Source of the DNA: a candidate division WOR-3 bacterium
GTDB lineage: Bacteria > Hydrothermota > Hydrothermia > B15-G9 > WFZT01
Reading direction: 5' to 3'
NCBI GenBank assembly: GCA_027053075.1
Contig: JALUEE010000055.1
Location: 1-14,090, forward strand
Length of the DNA: 14,090 nt
Shown here: one piece after another, positions 7,374 through 13,171 of the stretch
How the letters are laid out: each line of letters begins with the position of its first letter
Position numbering within the stretch: position 1 is the stretch's first letter
Translations under genes and position numbers: made by a program
Notes under the pieces: model-generated
Databases searched by the model: none
Seen by the model: the letters and a program-made list of their open reading frames with translations, nothing else
What the model was told of the DNA's origin: nothing

Positions 7374-9563
7374 ATGTGGTCTTTAATACTCGCCTCACTT
7401 TTTACTGTGGGGCAAAATGCGGCATCACCAGTGCAACCTGATTCCATGGGGTTTAGTGAGGTTGCAAGCTGGCCATTCGGATCTGCCCACGCACTTGCCG
7501 AAGATACTATAAATAACTTGATATTCCTTGCCTCGGGCGCCGGAGTGATAGTTTTACAGCCAGACCCGTCCGGTGGATTTAACTTCATTTCAGACGCCAT
7601 TAGGACACATGGTGGCAATATCAACGTATTGGTTTACGACTACTCGAGGCATCTTCTCTTTATGGGCGGAGATAACGCGTGGCTCGAAGTATGGTCCGTT
7701 TCAGACCCTTCAAATCCCGTAAAAATCACGGCCTATCAGGACGCGATATCTTATACCTATTCTGACATCTACATCATGGACTTGCATCTTGAAGGAAATT
7801 ATCTCTTTGTCGGATATGAAAATGTTAACGGTAGCTCACATTACGTAAAAATCTTCAACACCATAAATCTTCCGAATATTCAGGTAATTTCGACGGTATC
7901 TGTGCCTTATACAATCAACAACTTTGTATTAAGCAATAGCAGACTGTTTGTAAATACCGGAGGAGGCAGCTTTGTCTTCGATGCATCTAACCTATCAAAT
8001 CCAGATTCAATTGCCTATCTTGCTGTGGGCAACTGTTTTGGAATTGTAGAAGACACTATATATTACGCAGTCTGGGGCTCATGGAACGGCATTTATGGTG
8101 TTGATATCTACAACATTTCAAATTTATCCAACCCGGTTTTAATAGGCCAGGGAAATTTCCCTCTGGCAAGAACCTACCACAAGGTGAGAAAGTACGGAAA
8201 CACCATTTATGCGTGTGGAGAGCTTCTTGACACCTGGGATATTTCTGACCTTACTAATCCTGCCCATATGTGGAGTTTCTGGGTAAGAAGTTCGGGAATT
8301 TACGACTTCTCCCTCGATAACGGTATGTTGCTTACTGCCTCTGGAACGGCAGGATTGAGTTCCATTGCATTTGACTCTCTTGGTAATCCATACGAAGCTG
8401 AGTACTATAGAGTTCCAGGAAGAAGTAAGGAAATATCTTCAGGTGGTGGATACGTTTACTATTCGACCGATGTTAACGGAGTAAATCAAATTGATATTTT
8501 AAACTATAACCAGCACGAAGGCACATTGAGGCTACCCTGGTTGTCAAATGTCCTCAAAAGTGAATATTTCAGCGGATTTCTCTACTTAGCCAGTGATAGC
8601 TTCTTCACAAAGATAGATATATCTGATCCTTCAAATCCTCAGATAATCAATTCCTCGAGATTACCGGATACCTACCGCCCCGTTCTCTCCAGAGACTTTG
8701 CTATTTATAATGGATATGCCTTTGTAGCATCAGATTCTGGATTTTTTGTCATCTCATTGAGCAATATGCAGATAGAATCGAGATTTGCAGATACTGCATT
8801 CGTATCAAACTATAAGGTGCTAAGCATTCATGGCAACTTTATTTTCCTGGCCACTATCACGGGGAATATGGGTATTGTCAATGTTTCCAATCCACTGTCC
8901 CCAACTCTCGCTTCAACCACTTTTCTCTCTCAGGCCTATGGTGGTGCAACCTCTATGGCTTTTTACAACAATTATGCCTATATCGCAACCAATGTCAATC
9001 AGATACTTGTTTACGACGTAAGTAATCCTGCATCACCTACTTTCGTTACCGATTATTTTGCTCCAAACAACCGATCCTACAACCTACGTCACCTAATTGC
9101 AAATGGAAATTATCTCTTCGGAACAACAGGCAATTATTATTCAACATTGGTAGCTTTTGACATATCCAATCCAACTAACCCCGAAATTGCAGGATATTAC
9201 GATAATTTCTACGGCAGTAATGCGGTTTATACAATGGAGGGGAACAACATTTACCTTGGCGACTGGACCATCGGGGTCCACGTTTTGCACTTCACACCGA
9301 CGGGTATATCAGAAGAACCGGGCACAATTCAAAATCCTACGAACCAGGTATTGGTGAATAAAATCAGATTTACACTTCCGTGGAATGAACGACTGACCGT
9401 TGAGGTGTATAACCCATCAGGTAGAATTGTTTTGAGAAGAAATGGGGAGTTCAGAAAAGGTATTAACGAGATCAGCTTAAACAATCTTGGAAATGGTGTC
9501 TACTTCTATTCTATAAAAACCCACAATAAGATGGTGAGAGGTAAGGTTTTAGTGGTTAAGTAG
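7374..9563 (+). CDS. Secreted LVIVD-repeat beta-propeller protein with a T9SS type A C-terminal sorting domain
   Basis: Hydrophobic N-terminus and repeated (I/V)xD(I/V)S(D/N)PxNP units (VWSVSDPSNP, IDISDPSNP, VYDVSNPASP, AFDISNPTNP). A TGISEE linker precedes the C-terminal domain motifs VYNPSGRIV, LGNGVYF and KVLVVK. Confidence 0.9.
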   Translation: MWSLILASLFTVGQNAASPVQPDSMGFSEVASWPFGSAHALAEDTINNLIFLASGAGVIVLQPDPSGGFNFISDAIRTHGGNINVLVYDYSRHLLFMGGDNAWLEVWSVSDPSNPVKITAYQDAISYTYSDIYIMDLHLEGNYLFVGYENVNGSSHYVKIFNTINLPNIQVISTVSVPYTINNFVLSNSRLFVNTGGGSFVFDASNLSNPDSIAYLAVGNCFGIVEDTIYYAVWGSWNGIYGVDIYNISNLSNPVLIGQGNFPLARTYHKVRKYGNTIYACGELLDTWDISDLTNPAHMWSFWVRSSGIYDFSLDNGMLLTASGTAGLSSIAFDSLGNPYEAEYYRVPGRSKEISSGGGYVYYSTDVNGVNQIDILNYNQHEGTLRLPWLSNVLKSEYFSGFLYLASDSFFTKIDISDPSNPQIINSSRLPDTYRPVLSRDFAIYNGYAFVASDSGFFVISLSNMQIESRFADTAFVSNYKVLSIHGNFIFLATITGNMGIVNVSNPLSPTLASTTFLSQAYGGATSMAFYNNYAYIATNVNQILVYDVSNPASPTFVTDYFAPNNRSYNLRHLIANGNYLFGTTGNYYSTLVAFDISNPTNPEIAGYYDNFYGSNAVYTMEGNNIYLGDWTIGVHVLHFTPTGISEEPGTIQNPTNQVLVNKIRFTLPWNERLTVEVYNPSGRIVLRRNGEFRKGINEISLNNLGNGVYFYSIKTHNKMVRGKVLVVK

Positions 9564-9566
9564 TTG

Positions 9567-9604
9567 AGATGAGGGGGCGCGCGCTTCGCGCGCCCCCCTC
9601 ATCT
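9567..9604. terminator. Strong GC hairpin just after the cargo stop codon (terminator or 3' stabiliser; no U-tract)
   Basis: AGATGAGGGGGCGCGCG-CTT-CGCGCGCCCCCCTCATCT forms a 17-bp stem with one bulged C, 3 nt after the TAG. Confidence 0.6.
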
Positions 9605-9664
9605 ACATCCCCTCGCTTTATCAATGATAAATTTCCCATCCTCCCTGAATATCATGCACAAAAT

Positions 9665-10053
9665 GAGCCTACTTGAGAAATTTCAAATAATTGAGAGAAT
9701 CCTTACCACCTATACATCCCATGTAAGAGTAGCCAGCATTCTTGAACACATTACGATGAGTATGTTCGAAAAATCCCGGGAAAATTTCCTCTCCTTCCTT
9801 TGGAGGAGGGGTTAGGGGAGGATGGGGAAGATTGACAAATTCAGCATCTTTTAAGGGGGCGATATTTCTGAACATGCCCGGATACTTTTTCCCCCATTCC
9901 ACCCCACCCCTCCCTTCCTGGGGAAGGGAGGGAGTTTCGATGCCTGTTGTAACCTATTATTCTTAATTTTTAACGAATACACCACTCTTTCCTCACTCTA
10001 TTCATCTACGCGAATGAATAACCAGGGGGTAGCATTCTCAAACACATTGCGAT
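9665..10053. mobile_element. Possible degenerate or nested MITE-like remnants
   Basis: Related end-like motifs occur in both orientations: GAGCCTACTTGAGAAAT (9665), ATTCTTGAACACATT (9738), GAGTATGTTCGAAAAATC (9758), GATATTTCTGAACATGCCC (9861) and ATTCTCAAACACATT (10034). There is no transposase in the window. Confidence 0.4.
9788..9932. repeat. REP-like palindrome doublet, copy 2 (best match to copy 1 is in inverted orientation)
   Basis: Imperfect hairpin C is CCTCTCCTTCC-TTT-GGAGGAGGGG (9788-9811) followed by the tail TTAGGGGAGGATGGGGAA. The tail TTCCCCCATTCCACCCCAC precedes hairpin D, CCCTCCCTTCC-TGG-GGAAGGGAGGG (9908-9932). Confidence 0.88.
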
Positions 10054-10119
10054 TGATTTGCAGAGGTGGGTTACCTTATTATTTTACCCACGAATCTAAT
10101 TAATGGAGGCTCTGAAAGT

Positions 10120-11127
10120 ATGCTGAAGAAATTGCTAATAACAACCGTTATCGGTGTCAGTATTCTGTCAGCCGATGCATTCAAAGCAGGTGGAGTATTT
10201 CTAACCATTTTCCCTGGTGCGAAAGCGACAGCAATGGGCGCTGCGTTTAGCTCTGTTGCCAACGATGGTACTGCATCTTATTACAATCCAGGGGCACTTG
10301 CTCAGTTTGATCATCCGGAATTTTCTTTCATCCATGCCCCATGGCTTAGAGGCCTTGCACCTGATATGTACTACGAGTTTCTCGGCTGGGTAATGCCCAT
10401 GCACGGAGGGGTTCTCGGTGGACACATAATTTACTCAACATATGGGATTTTTGAAGCAATAAATGAAGAAAGACAGCTTTGTGGTAAATTCAGGCCTTAT
10501 GAAACTGCCATTGACCTATCCTATGGATTTAAAGTAGACCCATCCCTTGGCCTCGGAGTGAATGCGAAATTCATCCACTCTTTCCTTGCTCCCCCCGAGG
10601 TGCTCGAATGTGCATCACAGGGTGAGATTCAGAGCGGAGGTTCTGCTACATCTTTTGCCTTTGGGGCAGGACTGCTCTATACCTTCAAAAGGGCCAAATT
10701 TGCCGTAGTATTGGACAATTTCGGCTCTCCCCTCGTTTACACTGAAGGTGGCCATAAAAATGATCTTCCAAGACTCCTGAGAGTGGGGGTATCCTATAGA
10801 CCCATATGGACCAAGATTCATAAGGTCTTGCTTTCTGCTGATATGAACAAAATCCTCGTTGGTATTCAGGAAGATTATAGCAAAAAGGGATTGAGCTGGA
10901 TTCTTCAGGAGGCATGGAAGCACGTGGGAGTTGAATATACATTCTACAACATAATTTCGTTGAGAATGGGATACTTCTATGACAAATTTGGCTGGAGAAA
11001 AGGAATCACCTTTGGCGCAGGAGTACGTTTCAAAAACTTCCAGCTGGATATTGCTGATGACTCCAGAATTTACGACTTCGAGGAGAGCTCAAACAGAAGA
11101 TTTTCCATCACCTACATCTTACAGTAA
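10120..11127 (+). CDS. PorV/PorQ-family (FadL-like) outer-membrane beta-barrel, most similar in motifs to the T9SS shuttle PorV; start revised from 10066 to 10120
   Basis: SD GGAGG at 10105-10109 precedes the ATG at 10120, which gives the signal peptide MLKKLLITTVIGVSILSA. PorV-type motifs FLTIFPGAKATAMG, ASYYNPGAL, PWLRGLAPDMYY and LRMGYF, plus amphipathic beta-strands. Confidence 0.88.
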   Translation: MLKKLLITTVIGVSILSADAFKAGGVFLTIFPGAKATAMGAAFSSVANDGTASYYNPGALAQFDHPEFSFIHAPWLRGLAPDMYYEFLGWVMPMHGGVLGGHIIYSTYGIFEAINEERQLCGKFRPYETAIDLSYGFKVDPSLGLGVNAKFIHSFLAPPEVLECASQGEIQSGGSATSFAFGAGLLYTFKRAKFAVVLDNFGSPLVYTEGGHKNDLPRLLRVGVSYRPIWTKIHKVLLSADMNKILVGIQEDYSKKGLSWILQEAWKHVGVEYTFYNIISLRMGYFYDKFGWRKGITFGAGVRFKNFQLDIADDSRIYDFEESSNRRFSITYILQ

Positions 11128-11128
11128 A

Positions 11129-11500
11129 TTAAAGAACAGCAGCGAGCTCTTCGTTTGAAACTTCTACTGGGGTCTTGGTGTATTCTACCCATTTTCTGTC
11201 CCGCAGGATGAATCTTTTGGGCACTACTCCCCTACCCTGGCTTCTTAGCTCTCTACCCTCTTGAATTATTTCCCATGGATCATGCTTCTTAAAAAACTTG
11301 TAAACGTCCATCTTGTCAAAGCCAATGTAGGTTATCTTCATATTGGTCACCACCCCATCATCCCTGGCTTTAATAATCTTGTACCATGTTTTAAACGGGA
11401 TATGGGCAGTGAGACCAGCAGTGAGATCAAGCACCTCCTCGAAAGTAAGGTCGAGGTTGAGCATCAGCATCACGTCTCCAGGGCTTATCAATCTGCTCAT
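11129..11500 (-). CDS. Hypothetical 123-aa protein, possible Xis/MerR-like winged HTH; start revised from 11548 to 11500
   Basis: A strong SD, AGAAAGGAGG (11518-11509), lies 8 nt before the ATG at 11500. The ORF fills the gap between the PorV-family gene and lepB, and its stop is 1 nt from the PorV-family stop. The fold assignment is by-eye pattern only. Confidence 0.8.
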   Translation of the reverse strand: MSRLISPGDVMLMLNLDLTFEEVLDLTAGLTAHIPFKTWYKIIKARDDGVVTNMKITYIGFDKMDVYKFFKKHDPWEIIQEGRELRSQGRGVVPKRFILRDRKWVEYTKTPVEVSNEELAAVL

Positions 11501-11532
11501 TTCTATGTCCTCCTTTCTTATCCCTATATACG

Positions 11533-11547
11533 GCAATTTTTCTGCCA
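11533..11547 (-). promoter_or_regulatory. Putative sigma54 (-24/-12) promoter
   Basis: The minus strand reads TGGCAGAAAAATTGC, which has exact GG-N10-GC spacing and one mismatch to TGGCAC-N5-TTGC. The predicted start near 11521 falls just before the SD. Confidence 0.7.
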
Positions 11548-11610
11548 TTCCAGAATTTCTCTCAAAATGGCTGTTTTCGGTGTTGCAAATTGCAAAATTG
11601 CCCCGTTAAA

Positions 11611-11639
11611 TTGCAAAATAAATCACTTTGCCACATAAT
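11611..11639 (+). promoter_or_regulatory. Putative sigma70 promoter for the lepB operon
   Basis: TTGCAA (11611-11616), 17 nt spacer, CATAAT (11634-11639), 11 nt before the ATG at 11651. Confidence 0.5.
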
Positions 11640-11650
11640 TCCTCAACTCC

Positions 11651-12283
11651 ATGAAAAGCTTTCAAAAAGACCTGAAACTGATCGTTATACTCGTTGCTGT
11701 TATTCTCTTCGTTCGCATATTTCTCATCCAATCCTATCTCATTCCTACAGGCTCAATGGAAAATACTCTCTTGCCGGGTGATTTCGTGATGGCTCAGAAG
11801 TTTAGCTACCTTTTCGGCCATCCCACACCGAGTCGAGGTGAAGTAGTTGTTTTCAAATACCCCTTGAGCAAGTATCGAATTTTCATAAAAAGATGCATCG
11901 GCCTTCCTGGGGATACCATTAGAATTGTCGATAAAAAGCTATACATAAATGGGAATTTGCAAAGAGAACCTTATGTAGTACACTTTGATCCTAAAATCAT
12001 TCCCGGTCTCAAAGACAGCTTCGAATTTCAAAAACGCTGGGAAGAGAGGAAGTTTACCGAAGAGGAACATGTGAGAGATAACTTTGGCCCTGTGGTAGTA
12101 CCTCCTGGCACCGTTTTTGTAATGGGAGACAATAGAGACTATTCCTATGATTCAAGGTTCTGGGGCCCTTTACCGGTTGATAATATTATAGGGAAGCCCC
12201 TGATGGTCTTTCTATCCATCAACACAAAGGGTAAACTCTGGGAAAAGGTGAGATGGAATCGCTTTTTCAAAATTATCCGATAG
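11651..12283 (+). CDS. lepB: Signal peptidase I
   Basis: Single N-terminal transmembrane segment; IPTGSMENTL (catalytic Ser), RGEVVVF, IKRCIGLPGD (catalytic Lys) and GDNRDYSYDSRFWG. Confidence 0.97.
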   Translation: MKSFQKDLKLIVILVAVILFVRIFLIQSYLIPTGSMENTLLPGDFVMAQKFSYLFGHPTPSRGEVVVFKYPLSKYRIFIKRCIGLPGDTIRIVDKKLYINGNLQREPYVVHFDPKIIPGLKDSFEFQKRWEERKFTEEEHVRDNFGPVVVPPGTVFVMGDNRDYSYDSRFWGPLPVDNIIGKPLMVFLSINTKGKLWEKVRWNRFFKIIR

Positions 12284-12744
12284 TTATCGCTATTGTCATT
12301 GCCGCCTTCATTGTTATTCTTTTCTATCTTTTAAAGAGACCTAAGGAACGGTATATCAAAGTTGATAGCCTGTTCACGCCTGCAGAGCTCAAATTTTACA
12401 AAATTCTCGAAGAAGTGGTGGAAGAATACAAAATTTTTGGTAAAGTCAGAGTAGCTGATATTATTAAGGTTGACAGTGAGAAAGCCAGAGGAAATTATCT
12501 CAAATATTTCAATAAAATTGCCAGGAAACATGTTGATTTTCTCCTATGCGATCCGGATACTCTCGAGCCAGTTGCAGCCATCGAGCTGGACGATAGTTCA
12601 CATGAAACTCAAGAGAGGGCCGAGAGGGATGTTTTCCTTGATAAGGCCTTTAAAATGGCGGAACTTCCACTCCTCAGGTTCAAAGTCCGGGCAAAATACG
12701 ATAAAATTGAGATAAAGAAAAGGATAGAAGATGCAACTGGATGA
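12253..12744 (+). CDS. Membrane-anchored DUF2726-domain protein (restriction-endonuclease-like fold)
   Basis: N-terminal transmembrane segment; LFTPAE..FY..L, FGKVRVADII, KHVDFLLCD, AIELDDSSH and RD..LD......LPLLRF. Confidence 0.88.
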   Translation: MESLFQNYPIVIAIVIAAFIVILFYLLKRPKERYIKVDSLFTPAELKFYKILEEVVEEYKIFGKVRVADIIKVDSEKARGNYLKYFNKIARKHVDFLLCDPDTLEPVAAIELDDSSHETQERAERDVFLDKAFKMAELPLLRFKVRAKYDKIEIKKRIEDATG

Positions 12745-13171
12745 AAACCTGAAAGCCGCTCTAATAGATGCCCTTCACCACATAACCTTTGGGACTTTCG
12801 TTAATCTGCCCATTGTCATTAAAAAACCAGCCTACATCATTGCTGTAATCATTTTTTCCATGCTGCTCGACACTGACCACGTAATCCAGGCAAGAAGTCT
12901 GTCAGTTAAAAAAATGCTGAACCTCGGTGGCAGACCCGCATTTCATTCCCTTTTAATAGTTGTTTTAATCACGCTCCTCACGTACATTCCTGCTAAATCT
13001 ATAACTTTCTCTGCTGTTGCTTTTTTCTCTATGCTATCCCACCTGATATGGGACCTCGCGACTGGTGGCGTTAGCCTCTTTTTCCCACTCAAAAAAATTT
13101 ACAAGTTGACCAAAGTCCAGGCAGTTTTTGCCTTTGTCCTGCTTTTTGGTCTCTCTCTTTCCCTGCTATGA
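12731..13171 (+). CDS. Membrane-bound metal-dependent hydrolase (YdjM/DUF457-like)
   Basis: Hydrophobic protein with HH, LLDTDH, R..FHSL and SHLIWD..TGGV.LFFP motifs. Confidence 0.8.
   Translation: MQLDENLKAALIDALHHITFGTFVNLPIVIKKPAYIIAVIIFSMLLDTDHVIQARSLSVKKMLNLGGRPAFHSLLIVVLITLLTYIPAKSITFSAVAFFSMLSHLIWDLATGGVSLFFPLKKIYKLTKVQAVFAFVLLFGLSLSLL

Noticed and set aside
8600..9200. Diversity-generating retroelement template/variable repeat pair within the LVIVD gene
   Set aside because: The repeats are degenerate and at protein level only. No near-identical nucleotide pair differing at adenines and no reverse transcriptase was seen.
9624..9902. ORFs 9624-9815 (+) and 9669-9902 (-)
   Set aside because: They run through the repeat cluster and show no protein-family signal.
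6939..9932. CRISPR array or integron attC sites
   Set aside because: The units are inverted, only two per cluster, without regular spacers or cas genes, and lack the RYYYAAC...GTTRRRY attC boundaries.
10066..10119. GTG start at 10066 for the PorV-family gene
   Set aside because: The ATG at 10120 has a GGAGG SD and yields a canonical signal peptide.
11501..11548. 16-aa N-terminal extension of the minus-strand orphan ORF
   Set aside because: This stretch contains the sigma54-like promoter and a strong SD for the ATG at 11500.
11585..11634. Second sigma54 promoter (minus strand TGGCAAAGTGATTTATTTTGC)
   Set aside because: The GG-to-GC spacing is not 10 nt.
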